A stretch of 64,000 nt of DNA from a phage. The position numbers were made by a program, and so were the translations under genes. Positions 18,914 through 27,404 of this stretch are shown here, in pieces. The DNA lies in NCBI GenBank assembly GCA_016389475.1, contig GCA_016389475.1_3042.1; one strand, 5' to 3'. Below the pieces are notes generated by a model. The model was given only the letters and a program-made list of their open reading frames with translations, made no database searches and was not told where the DNA came from. Positions within the stretch are counted from its first letter, which is position 1. Every line of letters begins with the position of its first letter.

Positions 18914-19927
18914 TCATTTATAATAACTTCGGTGGTTTTCAAGATAGACCTTCTCAAGGAAGTCATCCCAGAAACCCATGTCTACTTTTTGCTGCATACC
19001 GTTCTTAGAAGCTTCAGTAGATGCTGCTTCTACTTGATCGACCACATCTTCCAAAAACTCTTGAACTGTTTTAAATGGATGTTTACCCAACTTCACGTCG
19101 AGAATAAATGGAGCATCTTGGAGTGGATAAACCAAGTCACCAGTTTTGTAAATTTCCAATAGTTGGAGTCCACCACGACAAGCATGACTCAGAGCTTTCC
19201 AGTCAATGCCTTCATTAGCTTCGGCTTTACGAGCACGTTCACCATATTCAGCATCTAATTTATTCAGTGACTGCTTAAGCTCAATAAGAGAAAGTGTTGT
19301 CTGATATTTACGACCCAACACAGTGTAGAACGTTTGCGGGCCTGTTTTCTCGTGATTATGGAACACCCATTCACAGAATTCGTTTTCTGGAAGACGATGC
19401 TTAATATCTTCAACTTTAGTGCGACGCTGCTTAATAGAACCATCTTCTTGGTAATCAACCCATTGCTCGGGGATTTGATTAACTACTTTCAATACATCAC
19501 GTAATGCAGCCAAACGAGAACCCTTGACACCGTATTTAGAAGCTTGCTTGCGAACATATCCTAAATAGGATTTCATGTTAGTCGTATAAAAACGAGAACG
19601 GTTGTCTTGAATAAACTTCCACACATCAGGCAAATCAGATTTAACCACTAGTTCAGGTGGAGTGTGAAGCATATCCAATGCTACAGTTTCACCATCTGCT
19701 GCTAATTTAAAGAAATATTTAAGACTGTATAGTTCATGGTCAATATCATCTTTAGTGTTTTTAGATGATGTGTTGTTAGTGTTTTTACTCATGTGCTCTT
19801 TGACATTTCCGATAAGAATATCACGAGCAGGAGGAACAAAAATTTCTTTAAAATCTACATCAGATTCTGGGGTAGAAGTTCCATAAAGATGACTACCAAA
19901 ATAGCTTTTCATTACTGTTTTCATCAT
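18914..19927 (-). CDS. Pol-beta-superfamily nucleotidyltransferase-like protein (337 aa)
   Basis: N-terminal motif YFGSHLYGTSTPESDVDF (GS-x10-DxD) followed by a helical domain. Confidence 0.6.
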   Translation of the reverse strand: MMKTVMKSYFGSHLYGTSTPESDVDFKEIFVPPARDILIGNVKEHMSKNTNNTSSKNTKDDIDHELYSLKYFFKLAADGETVALDMLHTPPELVVKSDLPDVWKFIQDNRSRFYTTNMKSYLGYVRKQASKYGVKGSRLAALRDVLKVVNQIPEQWVDYQEDGSIKQRRTKVEDIKHRLPENEFCEWVFHNHEKTGPQTFYTVLGRKYQTTLSLIELKQSLNKLDAEYGERARKAEANEGIDWKALSHACRGGLQLLEIYKTGDLVYPLQDAPFILDVKLGKHPFKTVQEFLEDVVDQVEAASTEASKNGMQQKVDMGFWDDFLEKVYLENHRSYYK

Positions 19928-20385
19928 TCAGCCTTATATTCAATAACAGGACATACTTTAGCTTTACGAGCTTTTAAAAATTCAACGATAATCGATTTCT
20001 TGGGTTGAATAGGAGGTAAACCTTTATACGCCCTATCAATATTTTCTACGTGTAAAGCATAATCCTTTTTCCATTTATAATCTTTATATTTTTCACGCAA
20101 ATGTGCAGGAATAACAAATGAACCGATAATAAGTAAAACAACCAAAAGCGCAAGTATAAATGCTGATGGAAGCAAAGTCCATAAACTACCAAAAATAAGC
20201 CAACGCTGTAGGCTTTCTGCACAAATAATTGTTAGCCCTACGAGTATAGCACATCCAAAAATAGAAACGAAAAATGTAGGAATGGCAATAGACCAAAAAT
20301 ATGCGCATAGTGTCTTAGGTCGTTGCCATTCATCGTTAAACAATTTGAATAATTTATAGTGCCAAGAGTTTTCATTAATAATCAT
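19924..20385 (-). CDS. membrane protein (153 aa)
   Basis: Three or more hydrophobic helices; stop overlaps the nucleotidyltransferase start (ATGA). Confidence 0.55.
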   Translation of the reverse strand: MIINENSWHYKLFKLFNDEWQRPKTLCAYFWSIAIPTFFVSIFGCAILVGLTIICAESLQRWLIFGSLWTLLPSAFILALLVVLLIIGSFVIPAHLREKYKDYKWKKDYALHVENIDRAYKGLPPIQPKKSIIVEFLKARKAKVCPVIEYKAE

Positions 20386-20387
20386 AA

Positions 20388-20909
20388 TTATCCTTTCATT
20401 GAAGGCGTAACGGTTGTTAAATACTTAATCATAGCTTCAGCTTCTGATTTTGACAATGAAATTTCTTCATTGTTTTGACGAATAGAAATAAAATCCGGAT
20501 GACGGTCACCACCAGCTTTTAAAACACACATATAAGTATCAACTTCATCTTCAATATTTGAAATGATTGAAGCAGTTCCACATGAATGCGGTTTTTGATA
20601 AATCAATGCAGCTTTTCTTCCGCCATTTGACTGTTCATAAACTTTTAATACATCAAACAAATCACTTCTTTTATCAATAGCTAAAATGTTATTTTCATCT
20701 TCAATGTTAAATCCTTCGGATACTTCATAAAGTGTCACCCATAAATCGCCAATATCAATAACAGCATTTACTTTTCCATGACTTTCAAGAGCATGACAAA
20801 TTTTCTTGATTTCGTCATAACTCATTTTAATAATATCATCTCCTTGACTAAGAAAGATGTCATTTTTAAATTCAACACGAATTAAACCGCTTCCACTTGA
20901 AATAAACAT
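20388..20909 (-). CDS. hypothetical protein (173 aa), paralog-like to the next ORF
   Basis: Shares GFNIE and a C-terminal YL-x2-V-x-P-x-M tail with 20916-21449. Confidence 0.55.
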   Translation of the reverse strand: MFISSGSGLIRVEFKNDIFLSQGDDIIKMSYDEIKKICHALESHGKVNAVIDIGDLWVTLYEVSEGFNIEDENNILAIDKRSDLFDVLKVYEQSNGGRKAALIYQKPHSCGTASIISNIEDEVDTYMCVLKAGGDRHPDFISIRQNNEEISLSKSEAEAMIKYLTTVTPSMKG

Positions 20910-20915
20910 ATTTCC

Positions 20916-21449
20916 TCACTTTGAAATCATAGTTGGAATAACAGAATCAAGATAAGTCTTTAGTGCAATAGTTTCGTCTTTGGTAAATGTGACAATATGT
21001 GCTCGAAAATCATCAATTTGACGAATAGTTAAGACATCTCCATCTTCATAACATTTTGATACGTTTAAAACAGTTTCATCATTCTGATTGCAAGCGTTAG
21101 TAATAATAGCATTGCAATTTTTAAACCATTTTAAACTATGTTTTCTTTCATTAGAATAATAAAAATATTTAATCTTATCTATAAAACTATCCCAATGGAT
21201 AACTGATAAGCATATTGACTCGCTTTCAATATTAAATCCTGGGCATGAAGAATAAAAATGAATTTTATGCTCATCATTAATGCTTATAATTTTATCAGTA
21301 TAAGGATTTTCAATTTTGGTTAAATGAATGATTTCACTAGGCGTAAAATACAGCATATCGTCTTCTTGTGTCAAACGATACATATTATTTACTTTTTCTA
21401 TAGCCAATTCACCAAAAAGTGAACTAACTTCTAATACTAATCGTTTCAT
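20916..21449 (-). CDS. hypothetical protein (177 aa), paralog-like to the previous ORF
   Basis: Track start is GTG; ATG at 21449; ends ...LKTYLDSVIPTMISK. Confidence 0.55.
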   Translation of the reverse strand: MKRLVLEVSSLFGELAIEKVNNMYRLTQEDDMLYFTPSEIIHLTKIENPYTDKIISINDEHKIHFYSSCPGFNIESESICLSVIHWDSFIDKIKYFYYSNERKHSLKWFKNCNAIITNACNQNDETVLNVSKCYEDGDVLTIRQIDDFRAHIVTFTKDETIALKTYLDSVIPTMISK

Positions 21450-21475
21450 ATTGATTCTCTTCGACTCGCTCACAA

Positions 21476-21580
21476 TTACATACTCCTTTGAATAATATCA
21501 ATAATGTTGTTCACCAGATTATAGGTAAACAAAGGATAATTATATTGAATCATCACATACACAACAAACAAAATTTTCAT
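21476..21580 (-). CDS. hypothetical hydrophobic peptide (34 aa)
   Basis: ATG 21580 preceded by GAGGAG and early promoter 21607-21638; MKILFVVYVMIQYNYPLF... Confidence 0.3.
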   Translation of the reverse strand: MKILFVVYVMIQYNYPLFTYNLVNNIIDIIQRSM

Positions 21581-21606
21581 TCTCTTCTCCTCAGTAGTTG
21601 ACAAGA

Positions 21607-21638
21607 TTACTATACCATAACCTTGCCAACTTGTAAAC
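21607..21638 (-). promoter_or_regulatory. early (sigma70-type) promoter
   Basis: Minus strand GTTTAC (21638-21633), spacer, TATAGTAA; followed by CTACTGAGGAGAAGAGA leader and ATG 21580. Confidence 0.5.
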
Positions 21639-21640
21639 CA

Positions 21641-21814
21641 TTAAATGGCGTTTTCAATAAAATTCTGAAGCTTTGTGTGAGCATCAACCATGATTTTCAT
21701 TTCTTCTTTGGCGAAAGCTGTACCTCTTTCCCGAGAAGAACATTCATAGTCAGAAACTGCATTAGCATATTCTTCGATTAGTTTCATTAAAAACATCTGT
21801 TTTTCAGTTTTCAT
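21641..21814 (-). CDS. hypothetical small protein (57 aa, below the track threshold)
   Basis: ATG 21814; MKTEKQMFLMKLIEEYANAVSDYECSS... Confidence 0.35.
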   Translation of the reverse strand: MKTEKQMFLMKLIEEYANAVSDYECSSRERGTAFAKEEMKIMVDAHTKLQNFIENAI

Positions 21815-21998
21815 TATTCCACCTAATCATTTCAAGATATTGAACTAACTTAGCTTTAGATTTATCCAAATCCTTTTTAGCTGCTTCTATACCGTCGTAT
21901 GAATATCCTTCACAATGCTCAACTGCTAATTGATATGAATCTATTTCAATATCACGTGCTAATTTAATGATTTTTTCAAACTGTTCGCGTGTTAGCAT
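21804..21998 (-). CDS. hypothetical protein (64 aa)
   Basis: ATG start. Confidence 0.4.
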   Translation of the reverse strand: MLTREQFEKIIKLARDIEIDSYQLAVEHCEGYSYDGIEAAKKDLDKSKAKLVQYLEMIRWNNEN

Positions 21999-22000
21999 AC

Positions 22001-22204
22001 TTACACTCTCGTATTATGATCGATAATTTCATCAAGAAACATATCTAACGCTTCTATAGCATTATCCACTTTAGTTTCAAAGTCTTTAATGCCTTTATTC
22101 GAAATACCCGATGAATACCAAGCAAAGTCAATCAGCTCTTCATCTGCTTTACGAATTGAAGCCACTAATTCCTTGATTTTATCTGCTTGCTCTATACTAA
22201 TCAT
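22001..22204 (-). CDS. hypothetical protein (67 aa)
   Basis: Track start is GTG; ATG 22204 overlaps the upstream stop (TAATG). Confidence 0.45.
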   Translation of the reverse strand: MISIEQADKIKELVASIRKADEELIDFAWYSSGISNKGIKDFETKVDNAIEALDMFLDEIIDHNTRV

Positions 22205-22392
22205 TATTCCACCACATATGACAGAGAGAATATTGCGCACGCCATGTGAGTTGCAACTTCATCACACATATTATAACGTTTCTTAAGAAGTTCTACAAGT
22301 TCTTCACTAGTAACTTCATCCATGTCGACGAAAAAATCACCATTAATGATGACGTAGATATTTCCTTCTTGATTGAGTGCTTCAATTTTCAT
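22204..22392 (-). CDS. hypothetical protein (62 aa)
   Basis: Shortened to ATG 22392 with GAGGAG upstream; the longer track ORF would begin upstream of early promoter 22421-22450. Confidence 0.4.
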
Positions 22393-22420
22393 GATATTCT
22401 CCTCTTTATCTGATAGTTGT

Positions 22421-22450
22421 ATAGTATCACAGCTCAAACGGAAAGTAAAC
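22421..22450 (-). promoter_or_regulatory. early (sigma70-type) promoter
   Basis: Minus strand GTTTAC (22450-22445), 18-nt spacer, TACTAT; followed by GAGGAG and ATG 22392. Confidence 0.5.
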
Positions 22451-22465
22451 CGGTAAAATGAAAAA

Positions 22466-22483
22466 AGTCTCCCGAAGGAGACT
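22466..22483 (-). terminator. intrinsic terminator after ORF 22488-22874
   Basis: Minus RNA AGUCUCC-UUCG-GGAGACU followed by UUUUUCAUUUU. Confidence 0.65.
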
Positions 22484-22487
22484 AATG

Positions 22488-22874
22488 TTATTCGAGGGAA
22501 AGAAGATACTTACTCTGGTAAAACATTCCAGTAATATCATCTATCGTGCTTTGAATGGCTGGAGGCATTTCTTTATAAATGCTGTTAGATTGGTCTAGTA
22601 TGCGATCAATCATTTTAATTGTGTCGGTAGGAAGTTTACTGGCATCTGGAATTGAAGGCGTGTATTTTCTACCAGAATACCCCAAATATTGCTCACCAAA
22701 TTTATCAATCAAATCTGGCAACTCGGAGAAAATAAAATCGTATGCTTTGTGTCTAGCATAACTTTTAGTTTCAAAATGTGCAGAATGAAAATAAGCTTGT
22801 GCAGCCATTAATAAACCTAAGTATTCATCTGCCTTTGAAGGTTTTCCACTTTGTGAAAAGTCGCTGAATTTCAT
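22488..22874 (-). CDS. hypothetical protein (128 aa), position of T4 rI.-1
   Basis: ATG overlaps the rI stop (ATGA); followed by a hairpin terminator. Confidence 0.5.
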
Positions 22875-23164
22875 TCAGTCTCCAATTTAATGTTCATAAT
22901 TCTAGCGTATGATTGTGCCATCTCCGCGCCTCGTTCTATACATTCAAAATCAGAAGAGCACGGGTCATTTTTATAGGTCGTTCTCATAAAACTATAGAAC
23001 TGTTCAGATGATTCTACGCTTTTATTTTCAAAAAGCATATAAACATGTCTAATACCAGATTCCATAAATTTATCAAAATGAGGATCGACATTCGCTTCAA
23101 TCGGTGGAGATAAAGCAAACGCTAATCCTAGCATGGCAAATAGTGCCGTTGCTTTTAAGGCCAT
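22871..23164 (-). CDS. rI: lysis inhibition regulator rI (periplasmic)
   Basis: 97 aa; N-terminal signal-anchor MALKATALFAMLGLAFALSPPIEA; size and position immediately before tk as in T4. Confidence 0.75.
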   Translation of the reverse strand: MALKATALFAMLGLAFALSPPIEANVDPHFDKFMESGIRHVYMLFENKSVESSEQFYSFMRTTYKNDPCSSDFECIERGAEMAQSYARIMNIKLETE

Positions 23165-23176
23165 AAAGGCCTCCTA

Positions 23177-23389
23177 TCATTTTTGTCCTGTATTTACTTT
23201 ATGCCGATGCACGGCCTTAACTTTATCAAGGTATTTTTCAAAATTTCGCAATCTAGTATAGTCTGCCGGAGATTGGTTGAGTGATACTTCTCGACGCAAA
23301 GCTGAAATGATATTTCCAACTTTCCTACGAATTTCATCTAATTGAAGCACAGTAAGATTGCGAAGTTGCTTTTCAGTTAATTGTAGCAT
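23177..23389 (-). CDS. hypothetical protein (70 aa)
   Basis: ATG start. Confidence 0.45.
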   Translation of the reverse strand: MLQLTEKQLRNLTVLQLDEIRRKVGNIISALRREVSLNQSPADYTRLRNFEKYLDKVKAVHRHKVNTGQK

Positions 23390-23431
23390 ATATACCCCTT
23401 TAGTTAGATAAACCTATTTATAACTTTTGCA

Positions 23432-24013
23432 CTAACCAAGCTTTTTAGTTAATTCATTCCAATGTTTTCTGCACAAAGAAACATAAATTTCATCACCAAT
23501 ACAGATTTGATTACCTTCTTTAACTGGTGTTCCATCTTCCATTAATCGAGCTGTCATAATCGCTTTTTTGCCGCAATGACAAACTGCCTTTAGTTCAATA
23601 AGTTTATCTGCAATCGCTAAAAGTTCTTTAGAACCTTCAAACAATTTTCCAGCGAAATCAGTCCTTAATCCATAAGCCATAACAGGAACATTATATGTAT
23701 CAACAATTCGGCTTAATTGGTGCACCTGTTCAGTTTTTAAAAATTGGGCTTCATCCACAAATACGCAATGAATATCTTTTTGTGCTTCAGCCCATTTATA
23801 GAACTCGAAAATATCCATATCATCTGTAATAATATTCGCTTCCTGTTTAATTCCAATGCGAGAAACAACTTCACAGACAGAATCGCGAGTATCAATAGCA
23901 GGCTTAAGAACTAATACACTCATTCCACGTTCTTTATAATTATGTGCAGCAGTCAAAAGAGAAGCAGATTTTCCAGCATTCATTGCTGCATAAGTAAAAA
24001 TTAAACTCGCCAT
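23432..24013 (-). CDS. tk: thymidine kinase
   Basis: 193 aa; P-loop AAMNAGKSASLL; C-terminal zinc ribbon CHCG...CxxC. Confidence 0.9.
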   Translation of the reverse strand: MASLIFTYAAMNAGKSASLLTAAHNYKERGMSVLVLKPAIDTRDSVCEVVSRIGIKQEANIITDDMDIFEFYKWAEAQKDIHCVFVDEAQFLKTEQVHQLSRIVDTYNVPVMAYGLRTDFAGKLFEGSKELLAIADKLIELKAVCHCGKKAIMTARLMEDGTPVKEGNQICIGDEIYVSLCRKHWNELTKKLG

Positions 24014-24022
24014 ATCACCTTC

Positions 24023-24208
24023 TTAAAGCGTATTCACATAAGCTATTAATTCATTTTCTTTCTTATCAAACCGATCAGCAAATTCTTCCTGCTGTTCAGG
24101 AGATAGCGGGCCGTATTCATCATAAAAGGTGTTTGCTTCTGTATGCTCATCTAGAAGTTCATGGATAAGCTCAAACAATTTATCTTTTTGTTCTTTACTC
24201 AGACTCAT
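24023..24208 (-). CDS. hypothetical acidic protein (61 aa)
   Basis: ATG overlaps the upstream stop (ATGA). Confidence 0.45.
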   Translation of the reverse strand: MSLSKEQKDKLFELIHELLDEHTEANTFYDEYGPLSPEQQEEFADRFDKKENELIAYVNTL

Positions 24209-24378
24209 ATATTAATTTCCAGGAGTTTTAAAATAATTCGCTTTTGCTTAAATATTTCCATAGTTAAATGACTAGTATCTTTTTGACCGATTCCAATGGC
24301 AAAACCTTTATTAACAGCGAGTTCAATTAAATTATCAAGCTCACGTAACACTTCGTATTGTAACTCAAAACTATTCAT
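24208..24378 (-). CDS. hypothetical small protein (56 aa, below the track threshold)
   Basis: ATG 24378 overlaps the upstream stop (ATGA) and its own stop overlaps the next ATG; MNSFELQYEVLRELDNLIELAVNKGF... Confidence 0.4.
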
Positions 24379-24587
24379 TTTGGTTTACCTTCTTTAACGA
24401 AATCAGGATAAGGATAAAATCCTGAATAAAATCCTTCACCTTTATGATTGATGCATCCTTTATTAGAACAATAGCACCAATAATCGAAATCACAAGCCAT
24501 TTCATCATTACATAAAGCAAAAACAACAGGCCACTTACACTTTTCACAGTGGGCATTTTTAAGAATACTAGTTTGGCTCATAACCAT
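24375..24587 (-). CDS. hypothetical cysteine-rich protein (70 aa)
   Basis: Track start is TTG; ATG 24587; eight Cys in CEKCKW...LCNDEMACDFDYWCYCSNKGC. Confidence 0.45.
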   Translation of the reverse strand: MVMSQTSILKNAHCEKCKWPVVFALCNDEMACDFDYWCYCSNKGCINHKGEGFYSGFYPYPDFVKEGKPK

Positions 24588-24790
24588 GTAACCTTTAAGC
24601 AATATTCTTCTACATGTTGTTTACGACCTTTCTTATCAATAAAGGTATATTCAACGAATGTTCCAATGTAGTCTTTATCTACATCATGTGGACTATTAAT
24701 TGGACATTTAGTACGGCAAATGCGTTCCCATTGACGAATAATTTCCACTTTGTTTTTAGGATCAAACGGATGTGGGTAATGTACTTTCAT
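24578..24790 (-). CDS. hypothetical protein (70 aa)
   Basis: ATG start. Confidence 0.45.
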   Translation of the reverse strand: MKVHYPHPFDPKNKVEIIRQWERICRTKCPINSPHDVDKDYIGTFVEYTFIDKKGRKQHVEEYCLKVTWL

Positions 24791-25241
24791 AATCCACCAC
24801 TATTAAATCAATATCAGGAGTAAACATGTCGATTAATTTAGAAACCTTATCCCAATCGCCGCCAGCAATACCACAACCTATGCGTGGAATGTAAATTACT
24901 GGTTTAAACAAAAGGGTTTCTGCCTGTAGATTTAATTCTATCATGCAGTTTACTAAAGCACCATAATCAAGATTAGGACCTGGTTCGTATTGCGTATACA
25001 AGTTATAACATATGCCAAAACCATTAGGTTTATGTTTAAAAACTATAGACATATCGCCTAATTTATCACGAGAACCGTACTCAGTAGTGGTTTTATCTAT
25101 TTCTAAAATTTTGGGATAGGCTCTTGCTAATTGACCCGCTACACCTGAACCCATAGTATGAAAACAATTGCACCCGTGCGCAATAATATTACCTTGAAGA
25201 AATAGGGCGACAATATCGCCCTTGATATATTTTACAATCAT
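24762..25241 (-). CDS. macro-domain-like protein (159 aa)
   Basis: KGDIVA...NIIAHGCNCFHTMGSGVAGQLA...IPRIGCGIAGG follows the macro-domain pattern GDIT...NAAN...GGGV...IAFP-IS-G-x-G. Confidence 0.55.
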   Translation of the reverse strand: MIVKYIKGDIVALFLQGNIIAHGCNCFHTMGSGVAGQLARAYPKILEIDKTTTEYGSRDKLGDMSIVFKHKPNGFGICYNLYTQYEPGPNLDYGALVNCMIELNLQAETLLFKPVIYIPRIGCGIAGGDWDKVSKLIDMFTPDIDLIVVDYESTLPTSV

Positions 25242-25579
25242 CTAGTACTCAATCCTCGATTATAAGAATCTACCAAACGGTCAACCATTGAATGACAAGC
25301 GGCTTTATCTTTCTCCTCCGCAACTGAACATTCTAAAGTATTCCACTTTTTAGCATATCGTTTTAACAATGTATCGTTTTTGTATCTACTTGATTTATCT
25401 CTTTCTCCGTCTTTATATGCATATATTAATTTCTGCGCAAATTCAGCTTGGCATGCTTTATTTTTCCCGCAATAATCCGCTGCAGTACGGTTTACATACT
25501 CTCTAATTTCAGTATATGATGTATCTGCTAACGCAGAAAATGAAATTAATCCTATACATAAAACCAAAATTTTAGTCAT
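25238..25579 (-). CDS. secreted/periplasmic hypothetical protein (113 aa)
   Basis: Signal peptide MTKILVLCIGLISFSALA; four Cys. Confidence 0.5.
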   Translation of the reverse strand: MTKILVLCIGLISFSALADTSYTEIREYVNRTAADYCGKNKACQAEFAQKLIYAYKDGERDKSSRYKNDTLLKRYAKKWNTLECSVAEEKDKAACHSMVDRLVDSYNRGLSTR

Positions 25580-26117
25580 TTACTATTTCCAAAAGTTTAT
25601 TATTTTTAAGGTAATTAGCCTTTTCTAGGACTTCAGAAGCATATTTAGAACCTGCTTTAACATTCCATCCCGAATTATAAGAGGATATTGCTTTTCTTAT
25701 ATCGCCCTTATGTATATTTAACCAATAAGAAAGTTCAATGTACGCCCAGGAAGCTGAATTGGACCGTTTATTCAACATTCTTTTTATTTCAGCATCGGTC
25801 ATATTATAACCAAGTTCCTTAACTCTTGCTCGCATAGTAGGCAAATAATTTTGGAACATTCCGTAGGCGTGATGCTTTGGTTTAGATTTTAAATTAACTC
25901 CGCCAGAGCTTTCTTGCCATAAAATAGCAGCCATTATATGACCTAATCCACTCTTGTGGATGTTTTTATGTGTTTTATATTTTCCATCCTTAGAAAATTG
26001 TTCCCCGAATTGATACGCGTAACGCATGTTATCGAGTTGGACATTACTGAAAGTATGCTCGGAGCTATGTGCCATCATTGAAATGGCCAATAGACCAGCG
26101 AGTAGTGCTTTTCTCAT
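25572..26117 (-). CDS. secreted lytic transglycosylase-like protein (181 aa)
   Basis: Signal peptide MRKALLAGLLAISMMAHS; SLT-like catalytic region ILWQESSGG...YGMFQ. Confidence 0.6.
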   Translation of the reverse strand: MRKALLAGLLAISMMAHSSEHTFSNVQLDNMRYAYQFGEQFSKDGKYKTHKNIHKSGLGHIMAAILWQESSGGVNLKSKPKHHAYGMFQNYLPTMRARVKELGYNMTDAEIKRMLNKRSNSASWAYIELSYWLNIHKGDIRKAISSYNSGWNVKAGSKYASEVLEKANYLKNNKLLEIVND

Positions 26118-26124
26118 GCTTACC

Positions 26125-26586
26125 TCATTGAGTTTTAATTACTGCTTTAGAAGCCTTTCCTGGTAAACGACGACTGTTGATAATTGCCATCCTGCATTGG
26201 AGTGACGGGTCTTTGAACTTCTCATTAGGTTTACAAACTGTAAATCCAAGCCAAAGATTTCCATCTGTGATTTCTAAACGTCCAGGACGATATTCAACCC
26301 CATCAATAAAATCCTCGTCAATGTCAGGACGCGGAGGCATACTCAGGAATTCATTAACTTCTAAAACATGGTCTTTTATTTTGTGGAATAATTCAAAAAC
26401 ATATGTCTCATCAATCTCCCGTTGAATTGCACGATCAAGAAGATGTTGAGAATATTTTAGATGAAACGATGAGACTCCTGCTGCTTTTGATGCCTCACGA
26501 ATCTCATTGTTAATTTGACGAAACTCCGACTCAAAATGACGACGAAGCTTATTTCGACGGATAAAAACTTCTGTATTGATAGTCAT
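26125..26586 (-). CDS. regB: sequence-specific mRNA endoribonuclease RegB
   Basis: 153 aa; N-terminus MTINTEVFIRRNKLRRHFESEF as recalled for T4 RegB; early promoter and GAGGAG upstream. Confidence 0.8.
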   Translation of the reverse strand: MTINTEVFIRRNKLRRHFESEFRQINNEIREASKAAGVSSFHLKYSQHLLDRAIQREIDETYVFELFHKIKDHVLEVNEFLSMPPRPDIDEDFIDGVEYRPGRLEITDGNLWLGFTVCKPNEKFKDPSLQCRMAIINSRRLPGKASKAVIKTQ

Positions 26587-26613
26587 GTTGTTCTCCTCTT
26601 AACTGATAGAAAA

Positions 26614-26643
26614 ATTATACCACAGTCAAGAGGAAAAGTAAAC
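26614..26643 (-). promoter_or_regulatory. early (sigma70-type) promoter for regB
   Basis: Minus strand GTTTAC (26643-26638), 18-nt spacer, TATAAT (26619-26614); GAGGAG then regB ATG 26586. Confidence 0.6.
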
Positions 26644-26645
26644 AG

Positions 26646-26924
26646 TTATTCTTTAAATCTAATCAATTTATTCATAGACTTTGAAACTTCTGCACGAACC
26701 TCATGTAAGTTTTTAAGCTGTTCAAGACGCTGCTCATAGTAAGCAATTTCATCTTCTTCGAGACAGTCCTGTGAATCTTCTTTAAGATAACGTGCATAGT
26801 CCTGAAAAGCTTTACGGACTACTTCCTGGAAGTCATCAAGACTTTGAATTTTCTTAGGAGCGGCAGATACACGACGAGGTGCAGTATAATACTCATAACC
26901 AAACCCTGCGCTTAATTGAGCCAT
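26646..26924 (-). CDS. hypothetical protein (92 aa)
   Basis: Track start is GTG; ATG 26924 overlaps the upstream stop (TAATG) with GAGGAAA upstream. Confidence 0.5.
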   Translation of the reverse strand: MAQLSAGFGYEYYTAPRRVSAAPKKIQSLDDFQEVVRKAFQDYARYLKEDSQDCLEEDEIAYYEQRLEQLKNLHEVRAEVSKSMNKLIRFKE

Positions 26925-27190
26925 TAGTATTTTTCCTCTGGTTGGAACACTGCGCGACAAGCCCACATACTAGCTTCTTTGAGTTTCGTTTTAGCAATAG
27001 TTAACTGATCGAGGCTTTCAGCATAATTCTTCGCGAGTTCATCATCTTCACAGCTATCGAATGCTTCCCAGAATTCATCGTATAAAGCATCAAAGATAAG
27101 TCCTAAACGAACTTCAGCGTCTTTGATAGCATTCACTTTACCGATTTTCTCTTCAGTATGCGGCTTATAACCTTTAATGTCTTCAATCAT
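26924..27190 (-). CDS. hypothetical acidic helical protein (88 aa); occupies the vs.4-like slot
   Basis: Track start is TTG; ATG 27190 with GAGGAAG 7 nt upstream. Confidence 0.45.
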   Translation of the reverse strand: MIEDIKGYKPHTEEKIGKVNAIKDAEVRLGLIFDALYDEFWEAFDSCEDDELAKNYAESLDQLTIAKTKLKEASMWACRAVFQPEEKY

Positions 27191-27404
27191 ATTTGACTTC
27201 CTCACCAGTACATAAATCATATTCAACTAAACGAATAGGTTCATGAATGCCATATCCTTGAACAGAAATTTCTGTCGTAGGATAAATTCCATCAATATCA
27301 CCCATATTCCAGGCTTCATTAAATTGCTGTTCGCCTGAATTACTAAACCACTCGGCGAAAGCATTTAGCACATCTTCAGAACCTTCAATAATTATCTTTG
27401 CCAT
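27183..27404 (-). CDS. hypothetical protein (73 aa)
   Basis: ATG start; 1-nt junction with the upstream gene. Confidence 0.45.
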   Translation of the reverse strand: MAKIIIEGSEDVLNAFAEWFSNSGEQQFNEAWNMGDIDGIYPTTEISVQGYGIHEPIRLVEYDLCTGEEVKYD

